A stretch of DNA of 64,000 bases from Zootoca vivipara (GCF_963506605.1 NC_083281.1:30876001-30940000), one strand, 5' to 3'; counted from the stretch's first letter, positions 37,220 through 49,353 are shown. Made by a program: numbers and translations. Notes: generated by a model from the letters alone, not told the origin.

Positions 37220-37302
37220 ACAGGTCTCAAGAAATGCAGTCGCCAGCCACAGAGGTGCCCCCAGCAGTACCTCAAAGCCCAGAGCTGAAAGATACCTCTT
37301 AA
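37220..37302 (+). CDS. PKI-family gene coding exon 2 (terminal)
   Basis: Long pyrimidine tract then CCCAG|AC. The phase-1 join gives DRSQEMQSPATEVPPAVPQSPELKDTS-TAA, for a total of 75 aa, the typical PKI size. The tail is not conserved among PKIs, so the call rests on splice signal and length. Confidence 0.72.
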
Positions 37303-38994
37303 CCCCTCCTCATGGAGGCATCGGAAGCCACATAGGACATGGAAGGACTTCCCAGTATCAGAAGAAGTTTGCCTGTGTGTGTTTGTGTGGGGTGACCCAG
37401 CAAGGCTGTCTTACATCTCTCAGCATGGACTGACAGAGGAAGATGAGGGATTCCACAGCCATCTGTTTTACAAAGATGAGGGCAGAACCTTGAAGGGACC
37501 ATTTTCTTCTGTGGGACTTGAGGGGAGCGAAAGAAGAGGAAAGGGAGGGTCTGTTGAAAGGCTTACAGAGCCTAGGAAGCTGCCTTCCACAGACTATTGG
37601 TTCTAGCCAGCTCAGTATTGTCAACACTGATTGGCAGCAGCTGTCCAGGGTTTTTGGCTGAGCATCTTTCTCGGCCCTATCTGGAGATGCTGAGGGTTAA
37701 ACCTGTGACCTTTGACAGGCAAAGCATGTGCTCTGAGCCCCTTCCCTAACTGTACACTTGCTATCCTAGAGGATCCTGAAGGTTATTAAAGGATCCAAGG
37801 TGTTCTTTCCTCCTTCTTCAGAGAGTGCATTCTTCACTGTGATGTTTGGGGAAAATGACTTGTTTATTTGGGATTTGGGATTTGGTGTTGTCGTTTTTTC
37901 ACCAACAGATCCAGTATTCTTTTTCACACAAAAAATGCTAGGGGCAAGACGTGGGATCAGCTTATCCTCCCTCCTGGTTGATCCCCCATCAAGAGTGTAA
38001 TTATGTCCTGTATACCGGTACTTAGGGAATTTCTGTGGTTTGAGGAACAGAATTACCCCAACCTCTCAAAAAGGAAAGAAATGTAATGGCATTACCAAAG
38101 TCATCACCAACCTGGTCTTCAAGAACATGAATTTGGAATTCAAAACATTAAGATGGCAAAAAGTCTTGTTATATCTTAGAAACTACTTGGTTCACAGGCA
38201 TATCGGGGGTTGTCTGTGTAGAATTTGATGTTGAGCTCATTCTCAAAAAATATCAGCTTTCTTTAGAGGGAAGGACTCAAGTTTCAAGTCCTCATGGTTG
38301 TGAAGCAATGCTCACATTATAGAAATGACAGAAGGGTCTCACCATCTTTCCTCGGGTGACAAGCACACACACACACCAGCTACTATATTTTAGAAGGTCA
38401 CAGGATGGCATTCTGCGAAAATTAGGAGGTGATTGTCAGGTTGTGTGATTTTTGTTAGGCGTTCCCTCTCCCCTTTCCTCCATCCTTTGAGTGCTGGTGC
38501 AAAGACAGGCCTAAAAATGTCCAGGCAACATCTGAGAAACTATTACAATTGTAGGAGGGAGGGTCAGAAAGATTTCCAGTAGTCAAACAGATAGATATTT
38601 AAAACACAAGAGTCCATATAGTCCTGATTATGGCACAGCTACTATCCCAGTACAGTAATTGGCAGGAAATTACCCTGCCTCCCATTGCATCAGAACAATG
38701 GCTTAAGCACAAGGGAGTAGAAACATAGACAAAGGATAGAATGGAAATATAGAATGGAAATATAGACAAAGGCTGCCCCCCCCAAAAGACCTTTTCCTGT
38801 TCCCAAAATCCACCACATTGAGCTTTCATGCTCACACACCACTGTTAAGAACATTGGACTGGTTTCCTCCAGGGCAAAGATTATTCAAAAATTCAGAGAT
38901 GGAATGGACATGTTGTAGAAAAGAGGGTTGCCCCAGTTTATAGAGTTATAAAGCACTCGTGTTTAGTGAGGATCTGTTCGTGCTAATACTGCTC

Positions 38995-39000
38995 ATTAAA
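38995..39000 (+). terminator. Candidate poly(A) signal of the PKI gene
   Basis: ATTAAA followed ~20 nt later by a GU/U-rich tract (TGTGTGGTTTTACTTTCTGGTTTTT). Confidence 0.35.
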
Positions 39001-39300
39001 CTTCCACCATTCCAACAACTGTGTGGTTTTACTTTCTGGTTTTTATTCCAAAACATAACTCAAATCCCCTTTTTTTGAGCTATTCTGCCCTGTGCATTAG
39101 TACCCTAGAGAGGCAAGTCTACACCCAGCATCTGACAGCTCCAGGGTGGGTGACATGGTAAATGCCTTAGAAGTGTCAGAGATAGGTTCCAATGGCCCTG
39201 GAAAGGGGTGTGGGGCTGGAGAGGGAGGCATGGCTTTCCCTTAGGATCCTCAGTATCAAGCTCCCCAATCCTACTGGAACCCTCCCTCTACATCTCCAGC

Positions 39301-39390
39301 CATAGCTGCCAAGTTCGCCCTTTTTTTAAGGGAAATTCCCTTATGCTGAATAGGCTTCCTCGTGAGAAAAGGGAAAACTTGGCAGCTATG
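39301..39390. mobile_element. 90-bp hAT-type MITE
   Basis: Perfect 15-bp TIR CATAGCTGCCAAGTT; TSD TCTCCAGC. Confidence 0.8.
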
Positions 39391-39728
39391 TCTCCAGCAA
39401 ACCATCTACCTGTATCATCCAGCCATGAGAGAAGCACGAATGATCAACCATCAAAGCCTACGGCCCAAAATGAACTACGGCTTACTAGTTAGAAATGCAA
39501 AAATGCCTTTGCATTTATTTAGTTAAGGATTGGGGTACCTCAGCCCCAGGGGTCAAACTAGCCTTCCAGGCCTCTTGGGATTCTCCCGAGGCCACCTGCC
39601 CAGGCACAGCCTTTAAGGGAGGATGGAGAGTGATGTGGCCATATTGCCAAGGCAAAGCAGTGTTCCCGTGTTTCTCAGACTTGGCCATCAACCCTGCAGG
39701 AATAGTTCTACAGAGCCATAGTGTCATT

Positions 39729-39850
39729 CAGGCATCCCCAAACTTTGGCCCTCCAGATGTTTTGGGCTACAATTCCCATCTTCCCCGACCACTGGTCCTG
39801 TTAGTTAGGGATCATGGGAGTTTGGGGGGGCTGCAGTTTGGGGGTGCCTG
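39729..39850. mobile_element. hAT-type MITE (internally deleted copy)
   Basis: TIRs; TSD GTGTCATT/GTGTAATT. Confidence 0.72.
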
Positions 39851-40821
39851 GTGTAATTCATGGGCCAGGAGTCAGCTTCACCTGCTGAACAACAGCCTGA
39901 AGGGAAAGAAGGCTGGGGCCAGCTGGTTCTCATCAGTGCCTTCTCCTCCACATCCTTGAAGGCTGATCAGCTGCAGGTGGAGTCACTCCTTCTTCTCCCC
40001 CCACCTTTCAGGCTGCTGTTCGGCAGGTGAAGCTGACTCCTGGCCCATGACACATACTGATTCCCATGGAGACAAAGGGAATGGTTGTAACTCAGTGGTG
40101 GGGCATCTGTTTCACGTGGTCCCTGGCCTAATCCCTGCCACCAACAGATAGTACTGGGAGAGACTGCTGTCTGAAATTAGATTATACCAAACTGGGTGTA
40201 CCGTATGAGAGGCTTGTCTCAGAATACAGTAAAGCATTTTACTAGGTTTCCATTGGTTTCAACGGATGAGCTGCAGTACCTTTTCTGGACACTACGAGGG
40301 TGGCGCTGCAACACAGGACATTGAAAATTAGTATCCGCTTTCAACTGCAGCTACTTTCAACATATGGCTCCCACTCACCAAACCAGTAATAGTCTCCAGG
40401 TGTAGTTGGACTCCAACTTCCATCAGCTCCAGACAGCATGATAAACATAACCAGCAGCCTCTCCTACCGCCCACAGCCAAGGTTTGGGCCAACTCCAAAC
40501 CACCTTGGTCTGCAAGATGTCAAGCAATGTCCAAGAGGACAATGTGCTGAGCAAGGAAATGGTTTGGGCAGCAAGAGGCTATAGTACAAATGCCATTTGA
40601 CTTCCTTCCAGTGCCGCCCTCCCCCCATTACCTTGTAAGCAGCCACTTCAACTGCGGTTCAAGCTGGCCGTGTTGTGTAATCATTTTGTTCAAGTGGACA
40701 GGGATGTTAAAAAGTAACTATGCCAGAAGAGGCAGAAGAAAGCATTTGGAAGGAGAGCTCTGCACAAACCGGAATTTGCAGAGTGAGCGCCGCTATGAAA
40801 TACAATGGCATCTGAACCTGT

Positions 40822-41013
40822 TGAACACCAACCTACCTTAATTAGCAATCCTATACAAATTGCTAAGAGTGAATTCAGTTCCTCAAGGAGGAATCCTTAT
40901 GTAGCCCAAGCTCATGAACACCAACCTACCTTAATTAGCAATCCTATACAAATTGCTAAGAGTGAATTCAGTTCCTCAAGGAGGAATCCTTATGTAGCCC
41001 AAGCTCATGAACA
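40822..41013. repeat. Perfect 93-bp tandem duplication
   Basis: Units start at 40822 and 40915; TGAACA at all three junctions. Confidence 0.92.
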
Positions 41014-41728
41014 AGGGATATTGAAGTGGGGGTATAAGATAAATAAGGGGAAGTGTGTTCAGTGGTCACAGAATGCTGGCTGGCTGTTGAAGGGAGAGGA
41101 ATGGAAAATCTGGGGGGGGGGAGAGAACAGAATAGAATGGTGTATTATGGAAGAAGATATGGCTGGCCGTCACCCTGAAAAGCAGCACTTCACGTTGCAA
41201 CATTGTGTTGCAAGTCTCAGGTTTTTATAGACTGGCGGGGAGTGCTTGGCACTACCTGGGATAGTTAAAGAAAACCAAAAAAAAATCTGATTTTTAAATG
41301 GGTAGTATGATTTGTGAGTTTTGGCCCACCATGCCAAAAAGTGGGTGAAATCATGCCGAAGCCATGATTTGGTCTTGATTCAAAAATGGCTCCTGGCATC
41401 CAAAGTACAATAAAGCGGCTGTTCCTACCTCAGGAACTCTTGGACAAACCTATGCCAAAAAATGGTTGAAGTCATGCCTAAGTGATGTTTTGGTCTGCCA
41501 TCTTGATTCAAAATGGCACCCGCCTTCCAAATGTCAACAAGGGTTGCTGACCCCACCTCAGGAACCCTTGTGCCAAGTTTGATGACAATATATCAACGAG
41601 GATCCATAGGGAAGAGAGAGCTGAGGTGGACAAACAGACAGACACACCTCTTACCAAAATATATAGCAGATGGGCATTGCGGCTGGTTGCAAGGTCTGAA
41701 TCTAACACAGGTAGACAAGAATTTAAAA

Positions 41729-41864
41729 CAGGCATCCCCAAACTGTGGCCCTCCAGATGTTTTGGACTACAACTCCCATGATCCCTAGCTAACAAGACCA
41801 GCGATTGGGGAAGATGGGAATTGTAGTCCAAAACATCTGGAGGGCCAAAGTTTGGGAGTGCCTG
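41729..41864. mobile_element. ~136-bp hAT-type MITE
   Basis: TIRs; TSD ATTTAAAA. Confidence 0.8.
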
Positions 41865-44085
41865 ATTTAAAAGGTCAATGGTAGATGACATGGGCACAGC
41901 TAGGCCTCCAAACCTGGAGCAGTTATCTAGTGCCTGCAAAGTCTCTCCTGCAGGGAGTGGGAAATTTTTTGAGCCTGAGGGCCACGTTCACTCATGAACA
42001 ATCTTCCAGGGGGCCACACAACAGTAGTGGGCAGCACCAGAGGTAAAAGTGGGTGCAGCAATGGGTGTTCCTCTCATTTTGTATAGCAGGCCACACCAAA
42101 GCTGCAGATTTCTAAAGACCCCCATCTCTCCGTCAACCATCGTGCCATGCAAGAGACATTATTCCAGTGCTAGGACACATTCCAGCAGGACAGAAGCACT
42201 TGAGGACACTGGCAGAGCAACCCCTGCTGGCACTTGGAGCATGCCCCCCACCATTGTGGGCACCCTTGACAGTGTCTCTGGTGCCATGCAGCCTCAGTGC
42301 TGCCCAGTGTGCCCCCCGCCCCTGCCTTCCTACCCTACTGCTTGAGGAGAAAGGTGAGGTGTGTGGCCTAAGGAGAGTCCCCAAGGCCAGATATGCAAGA
42401 CACATGGCCTCTAAACTTTGGGTTCCCCAACTCTATTGGTTATCCAGGTTGCCTGGTTGCTGAGAAGAAGAGTTTGGATTTGATATCCCGCTTTATCACT
42501 ACCCGAAGGAGTCTCAAAGCGGCTAACATTCTCCTTTCCCTTCCTCTCCCACAACAAACACTCTTTGAGGTGAGTGAGGATGAGAGACTTCAGAGAAGTG
42601 TGACTAGCACAAGCTCATCCAGCAGCTGCATGTGGAGGAGCGGGGAAGCGAACCCGGTTCACCAGATTACGAGTCCACCACTCTTAACCACTACACCACG
42701 CTGGCTCTCTGAGGCAGTCACCTCAAGCAGTGCAGCAGGCTGGGGACAGACGAGAGGGGTGGCAGGTCAGGAAGGAGAAGGGTGCCCTCATGCACCTTTG
42801 CCACTCCTCCTTTTGGCTGTGGATACAGCACCATGAGGAACTTGCTGCTGCCCACCTGGGCAGGGCTCTGAGGCCGGCGGCCCCCCAGGCTGTCTTCAGT
42901 AGCCTCAGGTCATGGGTTCCCCATGGAGGCCAACACAGGGCAGTGACAGAGTGCAGAGCCCCCAGACACTGCTCTTCCTGTCTGTCACCCTTGGCCACTG
43001 CCTTGGGTGTGCCATTCTCTGCTCAGAGCTCTTGCTGCTGCTCATGAAGCATCCTTAACAAACTACAATTCCCAGGGTGGGTGCACTATTTTCTGATTTG
43101 CCTCAGGTGGCAAAAGGTCTTGGGCCGGTCCTGTCTCTGGAGCATTGCAGAAGTTGCAGAACATTAAAGCGAGGCAGACAACTCTAAGCGTGAGCTCAAG
43201 AGAGTTGACATTATTGAATGTAACACTGCACAGACCATATTCCATGCAATACTCAGCCCCGAGCACAACTCAGATTTCAGGATCAAAGTCAGATCCAGGA
43301 GCCGTTATTGCTGCTCTTAGTGCTGATTCAGGTGACTACAGGCCCAAGGTGAACAGGGTGGGCAGTGCTTTCGGGAGCCATGTTGCTCTGCAGCTACTAG
43401 ACAACATGGTTTGTGCAGGAATCGGTAGCGATATGGACTGAGGCCACCTGGCATCTCTTTCCACCAGTGGGCCAGGAGCCAGCACTGGGAAAGCAGCCTT
43501 TGGCAGGGTCAGCAGGACAGAGTGACCTTGCTGGGAAAGGAACATGCCCTAAATAGCCTGGTGGCATTGCAGAAACCCGTTGAATAAATAATCGCCGTCA
43601 CTCTTCTGTCTGAAAGAAGATTGTCACATCAGAGACTACCTTCATGGCAACAATTAGTTTCCCACAGTCGGACCAATCCAAAGCTAGTTCATGGGAACCC
43701 TATGTGCACATCAGAGTCTCTATGTGCACAAGCAATAACTCTGAATCAAGGCTGGGTCTGTGTGTGGCCAAGTTGAAAAGAGGACAGGGCTTCTGCACCT
43801 TTAAGAATTGTGTAGATAAGGGGATTTTAGCTATTAAAGGTGCAGGAGCCCTGTGCTCTTTTGCTTCCAGCCAGCCGAGTGGGGAGAGGCATCAAGCTGA
43901 GAGAGCAGAATTGGCAGATTAGCCAGAGGTTAAATTCTGCTGCTTTAGCCTCATGTGCCAGTACCCAACACAGAATCAAACCCTGCCCACCAGCTGACAT
44001 CATGCCCCATGTACTAGAGTGATGGCCTCACAGGCCTACTTTGACTCCCAGTGGACCAGAGGTTCCACACAAATAATCTAGGGGC

Positions 44086-44221
44086 CCTGCATCCCCAAAC
44101 TCGGCCCTCCAGATGTTTTGGGACTACAACTCCCATCATCCCTAGCTAACAGGACCAATGGTCAGGGATGATGGGAATTGTAGTCCCAAAACATCTGAAG
44201 GGCCGAGTTTGGGGGTGCCTG
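44086..44221. mobile_element. ~136-bp hAT-type MITE
   Basis: Same family as the 15888 copy; left end and TSD are degraded. Confidence 0.7.
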
Positions 44222-44633
44222 GCCTAGGCTATCCTCCTAGTGGTGCAGCAATAAATCTGCTAGCACATTTGCAAAGCTAAACAGGGTCTGGTATGGTTTC
44301 AAATTGTATGGGAGACTACTTGTTGTGATTCCCGCATTGCAGGGGGTTCGACGAGATGACCCTGAGGGTTCCTTCCAATTCTACAATTCTATGAGATGGA
44401 TCTGGAAACAGAATACAAAGTCCTTCTATAGTTCTACACAATCCTTCTTTGTTTTTGTTTTTAACATTACGGTAGTTCCCACCACCACCCACACCGACAC
44501 ATGTGGCATTTAATGATGTTTTATGATGCTTCTGCCTGCCCTTGGCTTTTACTGTTGTTTGTTCCTTTTATAACCATTGCAGTTTTCATTGTGCAATGAA
44601 ATTTTGTTGGAAGCAGGAATGCTGCATGAATGG

Positions 44634-45006
44634 AAAGGTAAAGGATCCCTGGACAGTTAAGTTCCGTCAAAGGTCACTATGGGGTTGCGGCGCTCATTTC
44701 GCTTTCAGGCTGAGGGGGCCAGCGTTTGTCCACAGACAGCTTTCCGGGTCATGTGGCCAGCATGACCAAACCGCTTCTGCCTCAATGGAACAACATGACA
44801 GAAACCAGAGCACATAGAAACGCCGTTTACCTTCCCACCACAGCGGTACCTATTTATCTACTTGCACTGGCGTGCTTTTGAACTGCTAGGCTGGCAGGAG
44901 CTTGGACCAAGCAACGGGAGCTCACCCCACCATCGGGATTCGAACCACTGACCTTCCGATTGGCAAGCCCAAGAGGCTCAGTGCTTTAGACCACAGTGCC
45001 ACCCGC
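44634..45006 (-). mobile_element. Sauria SINE
   Basis: Same core and tail as the other copies. Confidence 0.82.
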
Positions 45007-46649
45007 TAGCAGAACCCTAACTGTGATGCTGTGGTTGCTGGGATGGTGCAAGGCAATGGTCATGGCAGCTCCGTGTTGGCCATGACCTCACGGCCGCCTT
45101 GTCTCAAACCCCTTCTGGGGAATGCAGTGGCCCTGCCAGTCCACCCCTCTCATGCCCTGTGGCTGGTTGATATAGACCACATTGAAGCCTATGAGGAAAT
45201 GCTGAGTGGGTGTCAATATTTTAAATCGGGGTGGCTAACCTTTTTATGTCCAAGGGGGTCCACTTTGCAGAATTTTCTTTAAAAAATGAGTGGGATTTTG
45301 TAGCCCCGTGTATATTAATTAAAACGATTGAACTTAAATTATAATTAATGGCTACTATTCATTCAATTAAATTTTGGGGAGGTCTTGGGAGACCTTAATA
45401 TGACTGTGTGTTGTGGGGAGGGGAGGAGGCCCATGGGTAAGGGGTTTTACCATCCCTGTTTTAAATGATGCCTCCTTAAGTATTTCAGTCAAAACTCTCT
45501 TAAGACTCAGAAGGACAGAAGGGAGATGCAAATAGGGACATGTGCACAGAACAGCAGCTCTTTTGGGGAGCTCAAGTCAGTACAGCTTTGGGGAGGTGGG
45601 GTGTGATTGCTGTGACTGGCTCCCCATCCCTTTAACACAATGCATTCCCTAATAAATCCAGGGCTGATGGGAACATGTGGAGGGCACCAGCTTGGCAAAG
45701 GCTGTTCTAATGAATGTAGCTCCAACCCCTATCAACTTGAATGTCTGAAAAATGCCTATCTGCAGGCCTTTAATCCACTGCTGTGTTGCAACGGCTATGG
45801 CAGAAGGAACACAGAATCACAGAATTGTAGAGTTGGAAGGGACCCCAATGGTCATCTAGTCCAACCCCCTGCAATGCAGGACTCCTGCCCACAGCCATCT
45901 CTGGGTGGGTGGGCTCAGACCGCTAACCTTCTGGTTAACAGCCAGATGCACTGACCCATCAATAGGCGAGAGTCAGGAAGTGGGGCTTTGGTATTTCAAC
46001 AAGGGCCCACCTCCCTCCCTTCAAACCCCACTTGAGTACTGAGCTTGCAGCACCTTAAAAAAAAAAAAGGCTGACAGGTTGATTGTGGCATGCTCTTTCA
46101 CAGATCAGAGGCACTAAATGCTGTCCTCAGTTGACCCGAATATATCTATATTTACACATGGGTAAAGGGGGGAGGGAATGTTGATAGTGGGGTCAAGAAG
46201 CAATAGCATGCAAAGTGAGAGAGCCAGCATGCTGCAAGTTCCAATCCCCACCCAGCCATGACACTCGCTCGGGCCACAGGAACACAGGAAGCCGAGTCAG
46301 ACCAAGGGTCCATCTAGCTCAACATGGTCTACACTGACTGGCAGCAGCTCTCCAGGGTTTCAGACTGGGGGTGTCTCTCAGCTCCACCTGGCAAATAAAG
46401 TCGTGACCTTCTGTGTGCAAACCAGACGTTCTGCCATTGAGCTGCAGCCCTTCCCTGTTTGCTGAGTATAATTGGTTAGTCTGCGCTATGAATTCCACCC
46501 AAAGATAGTGACAGTCCAGAAACCCCCTCCAACTGCAATGCTGCGTACTCACCTACCTGGGAGTAAGCCATATTTGATTCAGAGGGGCTGGCTTCTGAAT
46601 AGATATACCTAAGATGGTGCTGTTAGCAGGATAGTCTCTATCCTGCTCT

Positions 46650-46652
<3 letters not shown>

Positions 46653-46711
<59 letters not shown>
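46653..46711. repeat. (CA)n microsatellite ~750 bp upstream of FABP3
   Basis: Directly visible. Confidence 0.95.
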
Positions 46712-46712
<1 letters not shown>

Positions 46713-47049
46713 GGGTACCCTACCTCCCAGGGTTGTTGTGAAAATAAAATTGGAGGGAGAACAGTGTATACTGCAGCTCCTCGTACAAAAGTGCAAGAGA
46801 TTAGCCCATCATACAAGCGACACCTGCTGAAATTCCCTCTTCTTACCCCCAATTAAAGGTGGAGCAGCCTCATCCCCTTTTGCATTTGACCTGCCTAGCA
46901 GGAAAGATGGCATAATATTACAGTACAACGACAATTATTGCAATAGTAATTAAAAGGGAAGCACAGATCCCGAGGCTGCAGTGGCCACTTCTATTTTATC
47001 ATATCAATCTGGGCACAACTCCTGCCCCTTCTAAGGCCACAGGCAAAGT

Positions 47050-48800
47050 CTGCCAGGGACCGCGTCTGTGTGGGGGCTGGGATGGCCGAGAGGCTACACC
47101 GGTTGAATTCCAGCCTGTCTTGTCGAGACGCTACACCAGTTAAATCCCAGCCTGTTTTGCAGCACCACCACCAGAAGCGGCTCCACCCGGCAGGCGTTCC
47201 TAAAGACTTCGAAAGCCCTCGATAGCTCGTTCGGGCTGCTCCAATCTCCCGGCTTGTCACTTACAAGGGGTGGGGGTGCGGGGTATGACGGACAGCCCAT
47301 CACTTGTGATCTTTCCCACCCATGTGATCAGAAGCAAGAGCTATTTAAGGGAGACCGGCGGCCGCGCCTGGAAAATATATACATAAATATAAAGAGCGCC
47401 AAGCCACCAAGCGTGCTGCGTGAAAGCCTCTCTCCTCGCTGCACAAACATTCCCGACAAGGCTCGCTATGGCTGAAGCTTTCGCAGGCGTCTGGAACCTG
47501 GTCGACAGCTGCAATTTCGACGATTACATGAAAGCTATCGGTAAAAGCAGGAATACTATTTTTTCCTTCCGTTTTTTTTTTGGGGGGGGGTGCGTGGGTG
47601 GAGATTGCCTAGGAGGAGAACGCACGACCTTGCAGGCTGTTGGCACTGCAACTCCGAGAAGGCCTGCGGGGTTTTTCCTTCCACCATCAGCCACTCGCCC
47701 GCCCGGGAGGCTGAAATGTTATCGGTGCATCTTGGAATGCGCTCGGCTTGGACAGCTCGCTCGGTGCGGTGCCGTTTGGTAACGCCGAGCGCCGGCGAGC
47801 TGGGGCGTTTTCTCCTCCGCGGCCATCTGGAAATCCCTTGGAGAAGTTGAGCCGCCAGCCACGTGGGCGGAGGGCAGGCATTTCATTCAAACCTTGCCGT
47901 TTTATAGTACTGGAGGAGCTCCGCGGCGGATTAGGCTGCCGGGAGAATCCTTCCCTCTTAATCCCTTCTGGGTGTAAATGCGTTTAATTCGGATCCACGC
48001 CGTGGCTGCAGGTGATGCATAGGGTAGCTTGGGTATATTGCATTCTGCTGCCCCCAGCCCCACCCCCGGAGGTGCAGAAAGTAGGGTCCCCGCGTCACAG
48101 CATAATCCTAGGTCTACTGGGGGGGGCACCCCCTATTGAATTCAATGGGGTTTACGCCCAGGTAAGGGTAGCTAGTGGTGGTTAGGGATTGCAGCCATTC
48201 ATTTGTTGTAGCAAAACGCAGCAAAGAGCCTTGGGGCGCCTTGAGAGCGAACGCGTGTATTAGATGGCATGGGCTTTCCTGGATTTGCAGGAGAGGAAAA
48301 TGCCACGTGTGGAAAGGGTTGGGGACGCGCGTCTGCCGCTGCAGCGAGTAAATCTGCACGCTTCCCGGCGCCTTTCAACAAGCCAAGAAAAAGGATCTAG
48401 CTGCCCAATCGTGACTCTCGAGTATGATGTATTGTTTTATCTCTCGTCGTGCATGGTGGTTAGCCTAGAACTAAGCTTAATGGCGCTTGCTTCCGAGTAG
48501 GCGCACAAAAGGTCTCGCGGTTAAGAGGCGTCCGGACGCACCGGGCGAGGTCAGAACGGTGAACCAAGTTTGGGGAAGAGGGCGGGGAAAGCTAGCCCGG
48601 GGCAGCTGAGCTTTGGGAGCATCTTCCATTCGCGCTAGGCCACGCCGCCTCCGCCCAGGGCGCTCCTCTGTCTGTCTGCGGGGCGATTGGTTTACGCTGG
48701 TTGGAATGGGGCCAAACCTCGCCCGCTTGGCTCCTGCAGCGCCTTGGCAGAGCTGTCCGCCCGAGATTTATTCCTCTTTTCTTACTCTCTTAGGCCACAA
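47050..48800 (+). promoter_or_regulatory. FABP3 promoter / CpG island with TATA box
   Basis: CpG-rich across exon 1 and the start of intron 1. TATAAA at 47388-47393; AT-rich MEF2/CArG-like CTATTTAAGG at 47341-47350. Confidence 0.65.
47468..47540 (+). CDS. FABP3: FABP3 (heart-type fatty acid-binding protein) exon 1
   Basis: 73 nt encoding MAEAFAGVWNLVDSCNFDDYMKAI(G), GT donor; canonical FABP exon size. Confidence 0.95.
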
Positions 48801-49216
48801 GGTGGAAAAGATGGAATTTATACTTATCTTAGCCTGTCCTATGCAAAGCAAATGACTCACTGACTTACTCGGAAGTAAGTCCCATCATAAGTAAGGCTTG
48901 CTCCGAAGTAAATGCAGGTATAATCCCTGCATAAATGATGGAGAGTTGATCAGGAGACATAATTTCTTTTGTTTGTTTCTCTAGTTTCATGTTCATTACG
49001 ATGATCATTTTTTCCTTACATTTACATGGCAACTTTCCTCCCGGGAGCTCAAGGTGTGGTAAATGGTTCCCTTTTCCTTCCCATTTTATCCTCACAACAA
49101 CCCTGTGAAGTAGGCTGTGCTGCTGTGAGTGACCGGCCCCAGGTCACTCTGTGAACTTAATGGCCGAGTGGGGATTCGAACCCTGGTCTCCCAGGTCTTA
49201 GCCCAATATTCTAGCC

Positions 49217-49353
49217 CAGACACCCCCAAACTGTGGCCCTCCAGATGTTTTGGCCTACAACTCCCATGATCCCTAGCTAAGAGGATCCAGTGGTCAGGGA
49301 AGATGGGAATTGTAGTCCCAAACATCTGGAGGGCCACAGTTTGGGGATGCCTG
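49217..49353. mobile_element. ~136-bp hAT-type MITE nested in a MIR-like SINE
   Basis: TSD TTCTAGCC; the flanks (CCTCACAACAACCCTGTGAAGTAGG...GGATTCGAACCC / ACTACACCACACTGGCT) are continuous SINE sequence. Confidence 0.78.

Noticed and set aside
40805-41230. 141-aa ORF with a 31-aa repeat
   Set aside because: A by-product of the 93-bp duplication being a multiple of three; no homology or splice support. It is also not a CRISPR array (two units, no spacers, eukaryote).
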